Below, piece by piece: positions 48,607 through 58,743 of a DNA stretch of 62,292 bases. The notes under the pieces are model-generated. The model made no database searches. It saw only the letters and a program-made list of their open reading frames with translations, and was not told the DNA's origin. A program made the translations under genes and the position numbers. Positions within the stretch are counted from its first letter, which is position 1; each line of letters starts with the position of its first letter. The stretch is from Thermostichus sp. DRC_bins_24. GTDB taxonomy: Bacteria > Cyanobacteriota > Cyanobacteriia > Thermostichales > Thermostichaceae. The stretch is taken from positions 1-62,292 of the forward strand of contig JAUQVK010000004.1 of NCBI GenBank assembly GCA_039794845.1, written 5' to 3'.

Positions 48607-50339
48607 ATGCTAGCACCTTTGTCTCCCCAGCACCCTTGGGAACAGAATCCGTCAAACCCTACACTGCCTACCGTTGGGCGCGAGAGAATTACACTCGCCA
48701 GGGCCGCATGTTGGACATTTGGCGATTCGTCCTCACTTGGCTGGCCTATCTCTGGCTGGATCAGCAGGCTTGGAGCTACGGGGGGCAGATTACTCCTGAG
48801 CGCAAGGCCAAACGCCGTCGAGCCAGAGCCATCTGGCTTCGCGAAACCCTGCTCAACTTGGGCCCGACTTTTATTAAGGTGGGACAGTTTTTCTCCACCC
48901 GCGCTGATCTCTTCCCCTCGGAATATGTGGAGGAGCTGGCTAAGCTGCAGGATCGGGTACCGGCTTTTGGCTACGAGCAGGTGGCGGCGATTGTACAGCA
49001 GGAACTGGGCAAACCGATTACCAAGATCTATAGCTATTTCGATCCCACCCCTTTGGCTGCCGCCAGTTTGGGACAGGTGCATCGTGCCAAGCTGAAAACC
49101 GGCGAAGAGGTAGTGGTGAAGGTGCAGCGACCGGGGCTGACTCGCCTGTTCACCATCGATCTGCAAATTTGTCGAGGGATTGCCGAGTTTTTTCAGTACC
49201 GCACCCGTTGGGGGGGAGCAGGTAGGGATTGGATTGGCGTTTACGAAGAGTGTCGGCGCACCCTCTGGGAAGAGGTGGACTACCTGAATGAGGGCCGCAA
49301 TGCTGATACATTTCGCCGGAACTTTCGGGACGTGCCGCAAATTGCTGTGCCGAGGGTGTATTGGCGCTACACTTCCCATCGCCTGTTGACGCTGGAATAT
49401 CTGCCGGGTATCAAGATCAGCGATTACGAAGCCTTGAGTGCGGCGGGGTTGGATCGCAAGGTTTTGGCCCGTCTGGGGGCGGAATCTTACCTGCGGCAAC
49501 TGCTCAAGGATGGCTTTTTTCACGCCGATCCTCACCCGGGTAACATCGCCGTGAAGCCAGATGGCACCTTGATCTTCTACGACTTCGGCATGATGGGCCG
49601 GATCCGCCCCGGCATCAAAGAAAAGCTGATGGTTACCCTGGCGGGTGTAGTCTCCAAAAATGCCGATATGGTGGTGGGATCCCTGGTGGAGCTGGGGGTG
49701 CTGGTGCCCACCGCCGACATGGCTCCGGTGCGCCGCTCGGTGCAGTATATGCTGGATAACTTTATGGACAAACCTTTTTCCAGCAGCTCTGCAGAAATCT
49801 CTGTGGCGGCAATTAGCGAGGATCTCTACGAGCTGGTTTATGATCAGCCGTTTCGGTTTCCAGCTACCTTTACCTTTGTGATGCGGGCCCTCACTACCCT
49901 GGAAGGGTTGGGAAAGGGCTTGGATCCGGAGTTTGACTTTATGGAAGTGGCCAAACCCTTTGCGGAGGAGTTGATGAACTTGAACGGAGCAGAAACCGAG
50001 ACCCTTTTGGCTCAAGTCAGCCGTCAGGCCGCCGAGTTCACCAGCAGCAGCCTGAGCTTGCCCCGCCGCATCGAATCCACCTTGAGCAAATTGGAACAGG
50101 GGGAGCTGCGCTTACGGGTACGCTCAAGCGAGGCAGAACGGCTGATGCGCAAGTTAAGTACTACGAGCTTGGGAGCCATTTACGCAGTATTATTCGCAAC
50201 TTTCTTCCTGAGTTCAACTCAGCTATTTTTGGCTGGACATGTTACTTTAACGGTTATCACCTTGGTCTTGGCTGCTCTCGCTGCTCTTGCTTTAGCCAGG
50301 GTACTCTTAAGGTTAAATCGGTCAGAGCGATTGATGTGA
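48603..50339 (+). CDS. AarF/ABC1/UbiB family atypical kinase
   Basis: LGPTFIKVGQ, AAASLGQVH, VVKVQRP, FFHADPHPGN, DFGM; probable TTG start 48603. Confidence 0.94.
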   Translation: MNASTFVSPAPLGTESVKPYTAYRWARENYTRQGRMLDIWRFVLTWLAYLWLDQQAWSYGGQITPERKAKRRRARAIWLRETLLNLGPTFIKVGQFFSTRADLFPSEYVEELAKLQDRVPAFGYEQVAAIVQQELGKPITKIYSYFDPTPLAAASLGQVHRAKLKTGEEVVVKVQRPGLTRLFTIDLQICRGIAEFFQYRTRWGGAGRDWIGVYEECRRTLWEEVDYLNEGRNADTFRRNFRDVPQIAVPRVYWRYTSHRLLTLEYLPGIKISDYEALSAAGLDRKVLARLGAESYLRQLLKDGFFHADPHPGNIAVKPDGTLIFYDFGMMGRIRPGIKEKLMVTLAGVVSKNADMVVGSLVELGVLVPTADMAPVRRSVQYMLDNFMDKPFSSSSAEISVAAISEDLYELVYDQPFRFPATFTFVMRALTTLEGLGKGLDPEFDFMEVAKPFAEELMNLNGAETETLLAQVSRQAAEFTSSSLSLPRRIESTLSKLEQGELRLRVRSSEAERLMRKLSTTSLGAIYAVLFATFFLSSTQLFLAGHVTLTVITLVLAALAALALARVLLRLNRSERLM

Positions 50340-51058
50340 TGCGACGATATGCCAGTGCTACGGATCCCGGCAAAATCCGCAGCAGCAACCAGGATGCCTA
50401 TCATTGCGATCCCGAGGGACGTTTTTTTATCGTTGCCGACGGCATGGGGGGACATGCTGCTGGGGCCACAGCCAGCCTGCTGGCGGTTGAAGCCATTCGA
50501 GAGCGGTTGGATCGGGGTTGGAAAACCGTGCCGGCGCCAAAACTGCTCAGCGAAGCCGTGGAAGCGGCTAACAATGCGATTTTGAAAGATCAGCGGGAGA
50601 ACCCAGAGCGGGCAGATATGGGCACCACAGTGGTGGTGGTGATGTTGGATCCCAACGACAACTGCTGGAGTGCTCACATTGGGGATTCTCGCCTCTACCG
50701 CCTGCGGGGATCCGAGATGCAGCAAATGACGGAGGATCACACCCTGGTGGCGCGCTCGATCCGACAGGGGGAACTGACCCACGAGCAGGCGCGGGCTCAC
50801 CCTTGGCGACACATTCTCGAGCGCTGCTTGGGCCGGCCTGACTCAGGCGCTCCCTCGGTTCAACCTATCACTGTTCGTCCGGGAGATCGCCTGTTGCTCT
50901 GTAGCGATGGCTTGACAGAGGAGCTGGATGACGAGCTGATCGTCGAGTATTGCCTCAAGGTGAAGGATCTGCAACAGATCCCTCTGGAATTGATTGAGGC
51001 AGCCAAAGAACGGGGCGGACGAGACAACATTACGGTGGTAATCGCCGAGTACGAATAA
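50336..51058 (+). CDS. PP2C-type Ser/Thr phosphatase (PphA-like)
   Basis: NQDA, VADGMGGH, HIGDSR, LCSDGL, GGRDNIT. Confidence 0.95.
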   Translation: MMRRYASATDPGKIRSSNQDAYHCDPEGRFFIVADGMGGHAAGATASLLAVEAIRERLDRGWKTVPAPKLLSEAVEAANNAILKDQRENPERADMGTTVVVVMLDPNDNCWSAHIGDSRLYRLRGSEMQQMTEDHTLVARSIRQGELTHEQARAHPWRHILERCLGRPDSGAPSVQPITVRPGDRLLLCSDGLTEELDDELIVEYCLKVKDLQQIPLELIEAAKERGGRDNITVVIAEYE

Positions 51059-51210
51059 CGCATGACCGGGCTTTTTTACACTGGCCAAAACCATCCGAAA
51101 TAACCATGAGGCTACGCGGGCTGTTTCCCGGACTGATGAGGCCCGTCTCGAGAAAATCTTGGCGGAACATGGAACCCCCCGACAAGGTTTAGAGGATTCC
51201 ATTGGAAGAC

Positions 51211-52032
51211 TTAGGGCAGGGCAGCTCGTCGGGAGCCCGCCAGGTGATCCAAAGTTTCGACCCGGACGAATCCAATCACCTCCAACTGACCGGATCCCAC
51301 CTTGAGGTTGAGAACCCGCAATAGGATCCCGAGATCTTCGAGCGCTTTCAGGTTGAACACCTCATTGAGCCCGCCCAAGAATGCCTCGGAGATCTCGTCT
51401 GGAACCCGCACAGAGGCAATGACAAACTCGGGATCCTGTAACTGCAGGCTTTGCCCCCCTTCCACGCGGATCCCGGCGTTGAACACCACATCAATGGATT
51501 GCTCCATCTCCCCATTGCGCTCTACGAGAAGAGCAGAAAGCTGGATGCGGTTCGGATCCAGGAAATCAATGCGGGGCTGGCGCAAATCAAAGCGGCTGGG
51601 TTCTTCTCTGCGTCCACCAAAGGGCAAATCTGCCTCAATGTTTTGAAATTGGCTTAAAACCTCTGGCGAGTTGAGGGCAGCATTCAAATCTTCTTCCTGC
51701 ACCACAATGCGTACCGCCGCCTGCAGGGGGCGATCCAGGCGCAGGGGATCCCCTTGAAAGGAAGAAGGGTTGATCGCCAGGGCATCGGTTTCCAGTTCCA
51801 ACACCTCGACGCGGGGAAAGGGCGCTCGATACAACCCCCGTCCGGCGATTAACAATCGATCCGCTTGACCATTGAGCAGGCGGTAATTGGGTTGGCTTTG
51901 GATGCGCACCTCCAATACTTCCGCCCGATCCAGTTGATCCAGCAAAAGCTGACGCGCCGATTGCTCGGCAAGATAGCCCACTCCACCACTCAACCCCGCC
52001 AACAACCCCAACAGCCCCGCCAGGATCTCCAT
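51211..52032 (-). CDS. LmeA/DUF2993 family protein
   Basis: N-terminal hydrophobic helix; PNYRLLNG, IAGRG, LELETD, EEDLNAAL. Confidence 0.8.
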   Translation of the reverse strand: MEILAGLLGLLAGLSGGVGYLAEQSARQLLLDQLDRAEVLEVRIQSQPNYRLLNGQADRLLIAGRGLYRAPFPRVEVLELETDALAINPSSFQGDPLRLDRPLQAAVRIVVQEEDLNAALNSPEVLSQFQNIEADLPFGGRREEPSRFDLRQPRIDFLDPNRIQLSALLVERNGEMEQSIDVVFNAGIRVEGGQSLQLQDPEFVIASVRVPDEISEAFLGGLNEVFNLKALEDLGILLRVLNLKVGSGQLEVIGFVRVETLDHLAGSRRAALP

Positions 52033-52131
52033 CTGCTCTGTCCAAATGTGGCACCCTCTCAGGCTAGCAAGCAGGATCCCTGGCAGCAGAGAAGATAGCT
52101 CTGCAAACCTCAGTAGCCAGAAGTACAAGCC

Positions 52132-52569
52132 TCAGTTAAGGACTTTCAGGGGGCTAGCTTCGATAGGGCGGTTGCCCATAAAGGTTTTGGCAATTTTCAG
52201 GCCATCCACCATCACCGGACGGTTTGAGACCGGATCGGTGATGAACCGAGTGCTGGAGGCAACGGTGGGGCGGCCTTCCCCCCAGGTCTCGACCACCTTG
52301 AGGCTGGAGGCCGTGACGGGGCGATCACCGTAATACTCCACCACCTTGAGCGTAGAGGCCCCTACAGGGCGATTGTCCGGGCCGATCTCACTGATTTTCA
52401 CATCTCCCACGAATATGGGTCGATTCAGAGGTTTGGCCAAGGCGCCGGACTCGGAAGCCGCAGGGGCAGACTCAGAATCCGCAGGGCGAGGTGCCAGGTT
52501 GAGACCATTAACAGAACCCGAAGCCTCCTGCTCTGGGAGGGTACTGGAACGACCATTACGAGCGGCCAT
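52132..52569 (-). CDS. Hypothetical protein with six RP(I/V/T) repeats
   Basis: ATG 52569 after AGGAG; tandem ~16-aa repeats. Confidence 0.8.
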   Translation of the reverse strand: MAARNGRSSTLPEQEASGSVNGLNLAPRPADSESAPAASESGALAKPLNRPIFVGDVKISEIGPDNRPVGASTLKVVEYYGDRPVTASSLKVVETWGEGRPTVASSTRFITDPVSNRPVMVDGLKIAKTFMGNRPIEASPLKVLN

Positions 52570-52827
52570 GGAAATCTCCTGAGTTTGTAAAGAATGGGGG
52601 GTGTGGCGAGCGGGATGCAATGGAGACCGCGAACAATGACGAATCTCTGGAAAGGCTAAAGGAAACCGGGGTTCCTAAATCTAAAGATATTCTAAACCAC
52701 CGAAGTTTCGTGGGGGATCCGTTTGTTACACAGACGCCGCCGGAAGGCCACCGCAAGATTCGGGAAAACCCCTGAACAAGGCCCAAAACGGACGATACAC
52801 TACAGCTGGAGTGAGTTGGCAAAAGCT

Positions 52828-53178
52828 ATGGCAAGGATCCCCCATTTGTATTGGGCCATCTGGGCAACACCAACTTTGTTGGTGTTGCTGCTGTTTCCCG
52901 GTCAAGCGGTTCGGGCCAGCGAAGGTGCTGTGCAAGAGTTTCAGGCACCCCAATTTGACCTGAACCTTGTCCGCTCTCGCTCGCTGCGGTGGCAACAGCC
53001 TTCTCTTTTCCCCCGGCGAGAGGATCCCCCGCAACCTGAGGCAGCATCGGAGGAAACAGAGCACCCCTTCTTGGAGTTCACTCTGGAAGAAAGCAGCACC
53101 GCCATTGCCCTGTTCGGGTGTGATTGCCCGGCCCATTTGAATCAACTGCGACAACTGCGGGGTCTGCCTTTGCTGTAA
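52828..53178 (+). CDS. Hypothetical protein with C-terminal CDCPAH motif
   Basis: Signal/TM N-terminus; LEFTLEES..AIALFGCDCPAH. Confidence 0.7.
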   Translation: MARIPHLYWAIWATPTLLVLLLFPGQAVRASEGAVQEFQAPQFDLNLVRSRSLRWQQPSLFPRREDPPQPEAASEETEHPFLEFTLEESSTAIALFGCDCPAHLNQLRQLRGLPLL

Positions 53179-53218
53179 GGCTTCAAGGATTTGGGTAGGT
53201 GTCAGGGATCCCTTTGGA

Positions 53219-54118
53219 CTAGGGCAAAACCGGCAGTACCGGCAAAATCTCAATTTCGGTACGCTGGGTTTGGCTGGGTTGGTCAGGCGACACAATCCGT
53301 CCGCCGGATCCCTGGGGGACGGTCTGGGGAGTTGGGCTGCTCATGCCATGCTGGGCAATCAATTGGTTGAGGCGGGCAATGCGCTCCGGCACCGGCGGGT
53401 GGGTGCGTAAGAAATCCGGCAGGGATCCCCGAGACTGGAGCTTGGCCAAAAATTGCGGCATCCCTTGCGGGTCAAACCCAGCTCGATAGGCCGCCCATAG
53501 GCCTTTTTCATCGGCAATAAACTCGTTTTCACGGCTCTGGGGTCGCCGGATCCCCACTTCCAAGGCCAGAGCCGCCAGGTTGTTGTCACTCACCCCCAGC
53601 AGTTGTGCCCCAAAGCGGGCGGTGGCAGCCTGTTGCAGTTGTTGCAGGCCGTGGCGCTCGCTGATGTGGGCCACCTCATGCGCCAGCACAGCGGCGATCT
53701 GGTCGTCGTTGTCGGCGGCTTCCAGGGCGCCGGTGGTGATGTAGACGAAGCCCCCCATCGTGGCGAAGGCGTTGATGGCGGGATCCTGAACCACCTGAAA
53801 GGTATAGGGCAAATGGGGGCGTTCGCTGCTGGCTGCCACCCGTTGGCCGATGCTATTCACCCGACTCACCCAATAGGGATCCGAGCTGAGGCGAATTGCC
53901 CCGCGATTTTTGAGCTGCTGATCGATCTGGCGACCCAAACTCACCTCTTGGGCATCGTTCAGTTGGCTCACCTGCATCAATTGAATGCCCTGGATCAACA
54001 GGCGGCCCAGATCTTGGGCGTGGGCAGGGGATCCCATCCCGGAGGCGAGCATGAACAATAGGGCAAAGACAGCGGGCCTTACCCGTACCGGCCTAGCGGA
54101 GGTTTGTTTTTGCAGCAT
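53219..54118 (-). CDS. M48 family metallopeptidase
   Basis: INAFATMGG, HEVAH, EFIAD, THP; signal peptide. Confidence 0.93.
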   Translation of the reverse strand: MLQKQTSARPVRVRPAVFALLFMLASGMGSPAHAQDLGRLLIQGIQLMQVSQLNDAQEVSLGRQIDQQLKNRGAIRLSSDPYWVSRVNSIGQRVAASSERPHLPYTFQVVQDPAINAFATMGGFVYITTGALEAADNDDQIAAVLAHEVAHISERHGLQQLQQAATARFGAQLLGVSDNNLAALALEVGIRRPQSRENEFIADEKGLWAAYRAGFDPQGMPQFLAKLQSRGSLPDFLRTHPPVPERIARLNQLIAQHGMSSPTPQTVPQGSGGRIVSPDQPSQTQRTEIEILPVLPVLP

Positions 54119-54348
54119 CAGGCCAACCCAAGACGGCTTACCTTAAGCTAACGATCCCTCCGTTGGATTGTCTTACCGCAAAGGCGAAACCCCTCTGCCA
54201 TGAAGGGCAAATGTTGAGAAATGCTCCACTGGGTTGGTGGAATGGATAGGATAGGACTCCCCATTTCTTGTCCGTCGGGCTTGAATAGGATCCTGTTCAA
54301 CCGCATTGAGCACTGTCGTTTATTCTTATCCCTCTGTGAATTGCTGTT

Positions 54349-55095
54349 ATGACGGGATCCCCAATCTTGAACTCTGAGATCTTTGAGCCGTCCCCAGCAG
54401 CCCGACGGAATTTGGGGGCAGGAAGCGTCTCTTTCCGTTCCGATGCCCACGGAATTCACCTGCACTTGCCCGCCGCCATGGACTGGGCAGAGATTTGGGA
54501 AAGCCTGATTTGGCAGTTGCGCAGCCGCAAACCCTACTGGGCTGGTATGGCTCCCCTTACCCTTTGGAGCCAACAGTGGGAGCTGGATTTGCCCACATTA
54601 CAAGCCCTTTCAGCCCTTTTGTCTCAGCATCGTCTGCAGTTGTGGCGCGTACAAACCACCGCCCGCTCGACGGCGATTGCAGCGGCTACGCTGGGTTATT
54701 CTGTAGAGCAATCTTCTCCACTGGAGGTGCCTCTCCCGATCCCGCCGGATACCATGCCTCTATACTTGCGATCCACGGTGCGCTCCGGCACTGCGGTTCG
54801 CCACAGCGGTTCGGTGTTTTTGTTGGGAGATCTAAATCCTGGCGGAGAGATCATCGCAGGAGGCGACATTCTCGTGTGGGGGCGCTTGCGCGGGTTGGTG
54901 CATGCCGGGGCCAATGGCGACGAGAAGGCCCTGATTTTGGCTCTACAGTTGGATCCGACCCAATTGCGCATTGCCGATCAAGTGGCCCGTCCGCCCGAAG
55001 GGGGATCCCTACCCAACACCCCCGAAGTGGTTTACTTACAAGATGGCGTCATCTGCATTGCCAGCATTCAGGATTTTCTGCGGAGAGGGGTATGA
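54349..55095 (+). CDS. minC: Septum site-determining protein MinC
   Basis: TVRSG, GDLNPGGEIIAGGDILVWGRLRG, QLRIAD. Confidence 0.94.
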   Translation: MTGSPILNSEIFEPSPAARRNLGAGSVSFRSDAHGIHLHLPAAMDWAEIWESLIWQLRSRKPYWAGMAPLTLWSQQWELDLPTLQALSALLSQHRLQLWRVQTTARSTAIAAATLGYSVEQSSPLEVPLPIPPDTMPLYLRSTVRSGTAVRHSGSVFLLGDLNPGGEIIAGGDILVWGRLRGLVHAGANGDEKALILALQLDPTQLRIADQVARPPEGGSLPNTPEVVYLQDGVICIASIQDFLRRGV

Positions 55096-55898
55096 GCCGA
55101 ACCATCGTCATGACCTCCGGTAAGGGTGGAGTTGGCAAAACCACAATAACGGCCAACCTAGGCACAGCCTTGGCCCGCTTGGGTCGCTCGGTGGTGGTGG
55201 TGGATGCGGATTTTGGTCTGCGCAATATGGATCTGTTGCTGGGGTTGGAGAACCGGGTGGTTTATACGGCCCTAGAGGTGATTGCCGGGGAATGTCGCCT
55301 CGAGCAAGCCCTGGTGAAAGACAAACGCACCCCCAACCTGTCTCTGCTACCGGCGGCCCAAACCCGCAACAAAACCGCTGTCAGCCCCGATCAAATGCGG
55401 CAGTTGATTGACAAACTCTCCAGCAGCCACGACTATGTGCTGATCGACTGTCCGGCTGGGATTGAACAGGGGTTTCGCAATGCGATTGCCGGAGCCAATG
55501 AAGCGATCATCATCACCACCCCCGAGCTTTCGGCGGTGCGGGATGCGGATCGGGTGGTGGGCCTGCTGGAAGCGGCACAGATTCAGCCAACACAGTTAAT
55601 CGTCAACCGGCTGCGCCCAGATATGGTAGCGGCCAGCCAAATGATGTCGGTGGAGGATGTGGTGGAGGTGCTGGCAATCCCGTTGGTGGGCATCGTGCCG
55701 GAAGATCGGGAGGTGATCGTCTCCACCAACAAAGGCGAGCCCTTGGTGCTCTCGGCCAACCCCCCCTTGGCAGCTCAGGCGCTGCAGCGTATTGCCCGGC
55801 GACTGGAAGGAGAAACGGTGGAGTTCCCGAATGTGGCCAGCCTAGGGGAATCTTTTTGGGAAAAGGCCAAACGGTTTTTGAACCAAAAGGTGATTTGA
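55092..55898 (+). CDS. minD: Septum site-determining ATPase MinD
   Basis: SGKGGVGKTT, DADFGLRN, DCPAGIE; ATG 55092 overlaps the minC stop. Confidence 0.97.
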   Translation: MSRTIVMTSGKGGVGKTTITANLGTALARLGRSVVVVDADFGLRNMDLLLGLENRVVYTALEVIAGECRLEQALVKDKRTPNLSLLPAAQTRNKTAVSPDQMRQLIDKLSSSHDYVLIDCPAGIEQGFRNAIAGANEAIIITTPELSAVRDADRVVGLLEAAQIQPTQLIVNRLRPDMVAASQMMSVEDVVEVLAIPLVGIVPEDREVIVSTNKGEPLVLSANPPLAAQALQRIARRLEGETVEFPNVASLGESFWEKAKRFLNQKVI

Positions 55899-55974
55899 CA
55901 GCCTTGCCACTGCTTTCCTCCAGATGATTTCAGATGAATTGAATGGCAACTTTGACCCGTTGGTAACTAAGCCT

Positions 55975-56274
55975 ATGCTCCTCGATTTTTTGGATCAGCT
56001 TTTCTCTCGGCACTCCGGCAGCAGCCGCGACCAAGCCAAGCAACGGTTGAAGCTGATCTTGGCCCACGACCGCACCGATCTCACCCCGGCAGCCCTAGAA
56101 TCGATGCGTCTGGAAATTTTGGGGGTGGTGTCGCGCTATGTGGAGCTGGACTCGGAGGGGCTGCAATTTAATTTGGCCACGGAAAAAGGCACTACGGCTC
56201 TAATTGCTAACCTGCCGATTCGCCGCGTCAAACCCCTGGAAGCCAGCCTGAGTTCGGAAAGCGAAGGGGCTTAA
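55975..56274 (+). CDS. minE: Topological specificity factor MinE
   Basis: AKQRLKLILAHDR, ALIANLPIRR. Confidence 0.95.
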   Translation: MLLDFLDQLFSRHSGSSRDQAKQRLKLILAHDRTDLTPAALESMRLEILGVVSRYVELDSEGLQFNLATEKGTTALIANLPIRRVKPLEASLSSESEGA

Positions 56275-56510
56275 AGGGATCCCACCTTTTCTCGCACGCA
56301 ACGGCGCTTTTCATAAAAGGGTTCCTGCTAACCTGCGGTTGAGGCTGTTCTCAACCTGAGCTACCTTGTAATGAAGTGCGACAGCAATGTCACATTCCGT
56401 TTTGTAATGATGTTCTTTCTTCGCTCACACCTTTGTCTGGCCCAGCCTGGAGTTACCCACAGCTACATCATCCAGTAGTCAAGCCGATCTAAGGGAGGTT
56501 GAGCCTCAGC

Positions 56511-58673
56511 ATGGAAAACTCATTTGAGCTGACGATCCTGTTTACGCTGGCCTTGGTGGCCGGGATCGGAGCTCAGGTGTTGGCCAATTTCGTTGGGGTA
56601 CCCAGCATTGTTTTCCTGCTGCTGTTCGGCTTGTTGCTGGGGCCGGATGGCTTGGGTTTGGTTCGCCCCCAAACCATGGGATCCGGACTGGAGGCGCTGG
56701 TGTCGTTGGCAGTGGCTCTGATCCTGTTTGAAGGGGGCTTGAACCTGAGGCTACAACGGCTGAATCAGGTTTCCGACAGCCTGCGCAACTTGGTCTTGGT
56801 GGGATCCCTGCTCACCTTGGTGGGGGGGGCGGTGGCAGCCCACTATTTGGGGGAATTTCCCTGGCGGCTGGCCTTTTTGTTCGGATCCCTGGTGGTGGTG
56901 ACGGGGCCGACGGTGATCAACCCCATCCTGAAACGGGTGCGGGTGGACTCGGCGGTGAGCACGCTCCTAGAAGGGGAAGGAGTGCTGATCGATCCGGTTG
57001 GGGCGATTTTGGCGGTGGTGGTGTTGCAGGTGGTGCTTTCCGGTCACCCCAGTTTTCTGATGGCCCTAGAGCAGTTGTCCAGCCGCTTGGCGATCGGGGC
57101 GGCGGTGGGGGCATTGGGGGGCTGGCTGATGGGCTCCTTCCTGCTCTGGTCACGGCAGTTTTTGACGGAGGACTTGCGCAACTCGGTGGTGCTGGCGGGG
57201 GCCCTGGGGGTGTTTGTTTTGGCCCAGTCTTTGCGCTCAGAGGCGGGGCTGATGGCGGTGGTGCTGGCGGGGCTGGTGGTACGGCAAAAGGCGGCGATTG
57301 CCGAGCGCAGTGTGCGGCAGTTTCACGGCCAGTTGGTGGTGGTGGCGATCTCGGTGCTGTTTATTTTGCTCACCTCCACCCTCTCCATCAAAGCGGTATT
57401 TGCCCTGGGCTGGGGATCCGTAGCCACAGTGGTTTGCCTGATGCTGTTGATCCGCCCCTTGAGTGTTTGGCTCTGTACCCTGAGCAGCGACCTGAATTGG
57501 CGTCAGAAGCTGTTTGTCGCTTGGCTGGCCCCACGGGGCATCGTGGCGGCTTCGGTGGCTTCTTTGTTTGCCATTCTGCTGACGGAACGGGGCATTACCG
57601 GGGGAGATGCCCTCAAGGCGCTGGTGTTTCTGACGATTTCTCTGACGGTGACGATCCAGGGGCTGACGGCAGCCTGGGTAGCGCGTTGGCTGGGCTTGGA
57701 TCAGGGCAGTTCTACCGTGATCATTGGGGATCATCCCCTCACCAGCCAGTTGGCCCAGTTGATGCGCTCCCTCAACCAAACGGTGGAAGTGATCCCGTTG
57801 CTTTCTACGTCCGGCCTGGGAGCCGCCAAAAATGGCCAGAATGGACACAAAGCCCCCCGACCCGCGGCCAATCTGCCCCCGGAACTGCCCTCCGCCAATG
57901 GCGATGGCCCCCACAAACCCGAGGCCATCCCCGGATCCCTGCAGGAGGCCGTGCTGAGCGAATCAGCTCTGTTGAAGGCGGATATTGAACATGCGGAAAC
58001 CCTGTTGATCATGACCTTGAATCCGCAGGTGAACTGGGCCATCGCCGAGCTGATGGTCAAACTGGCGGTTTCCGCCAACATTTGGACGGTGTTGCTGCCG
58101 GATATGCCCATCTCGGAAGGGATCCGCACCTTGCAAAACCCCTTCCCACAACTGCAGCGCTGGGCCAGTTATCTGGAGGCCAACCGCGCCGAGCTGCGTT
58201 CGATCACCCTACCGACACTGGCAGATTTGGGCCTGAAGACCTCTGGGTTCGGGCTCCCTGTTTCGGCAGCCCAGGAGTCGATTTCAGCGGCACGAGCAGC
58301 ACTGCTCAACCCCTTCTCCGCCCAGATGGGCCTGGAGGATCCCACCTTTGATCGGCTACGGGATCAGTTCGCCTACCGCATCAAAGCCGATCTATGTCTG
58401 CCGCTGTTGTTGTTGCGGCCCCAGCGGTTAGGGTACTGGTTTCGGGGAGGGGGCCGAGTGCGGGTCAGCGGCGATTTCTCTCAGCCCAGCCAGGTTTTCT
58501 ACCTGCCCGAGCCCGAGATTTGGCGCCGTGGGGATCGCATTTACTATCTGGAGCGCATTTCCAGCCCGGTGGATGCCGGTGCCAAAGAGTCGGATCCCCA
58601 AGAACGGGATCCACTGGCAACAGAACTCATACCCCAGTACGTGGAGGGCGTCAAGCTGCATTTTGACCTTTAG
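56511..58673 (+). CDS. CPA1 cation:proton antiporter with C-terminal cytoplasmic domain
   Basis: ILFEGG, VTGPTV, EGVLIDP, APRGIVAA; many TMs. Confidence 0.92.
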   Translation: MENSFELTILFTLALVAGIGAQVLANFVGVPSIVFLLLFGLLLGPDGLGLVRPQTMGSGLEALVSLAVALILFEGGLNLRLQRLNQVSDSLRNLVLVGSLLTLVGGAVAAHYLGEFPWRLAFLFGSLVVVTGPTVINPILKRVRVDSAVSTLLEGEGVLIDPVGAILAVVVLQVVLSGHPSFLMALEQLSSRLAIGAAVGALGGWLMGSFLLWSRQFLTEDLRNSVVLAGALGVFVLAQSLRSEAGLMAVVLAGLVVRQKAAIAERSVRQFHGQLVVVAISVLFILLTSTLSIKAVFALGWGSVATVVCLMLLIRPLSVWLCTLSSDLNWRQKLFVAWLAPRGIVAASVASLFAILLTERGITGGDALKALVFLTISLTVTIQGLTAAWVARWLGLDQGSSTVIIGDHPLTSQLAQLMRSLNQTVEVIPLLSTSGLGAAKNGQNGHKAPRPAANLPPELPSANGDGPHKPEAIPGSLQEAVLSESALLKADIEHAETLLIMTLNPQVNWAIAELMVKLAVSANIWTVLLPDMPISEGIRTLQNPFPQLQRWASYLEANRAELRSITLPTLADLGLKTSGFGLPVSAAQESISAARAALLNPFSAQMGLEDPTFDRLRDQFAYRIKADLCLPLLLLRPQRLGYWFRGGGRVRVSGDFSQPSQVFYLPEPEIWRRGDRIYYLERISSPVDAGAKESDPQERDPLATELIPQYVEGVKLHFDL

Positions 58674-58743
58674 CTAAGCCCCGCACCTATAGGATGGGTG
58701 TCGGGATAAAAGCCGAGTGAGTGGATCCGGATAGCCCGGCTCC

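Noticed and set aside
51095..51160. Hammerhead-like words (CGAAA ... CTGATGAG)
   Set aside because: Stems I and II cannot be formed in either permutation.
51062..51213. Short ORFs or a possible frameshifted gene after the PP2C gene, where nblA often lies
   Set aside because: No NblA similarity; the frameshift-corrected frame would run into the opposite gene.
58700..58742. GGGATAAAAGCC resembling the 3' part of a guanidine-I riboswitch
   Set aside because: The 5' conserved elements are absent and it lies between convergent gene ends.
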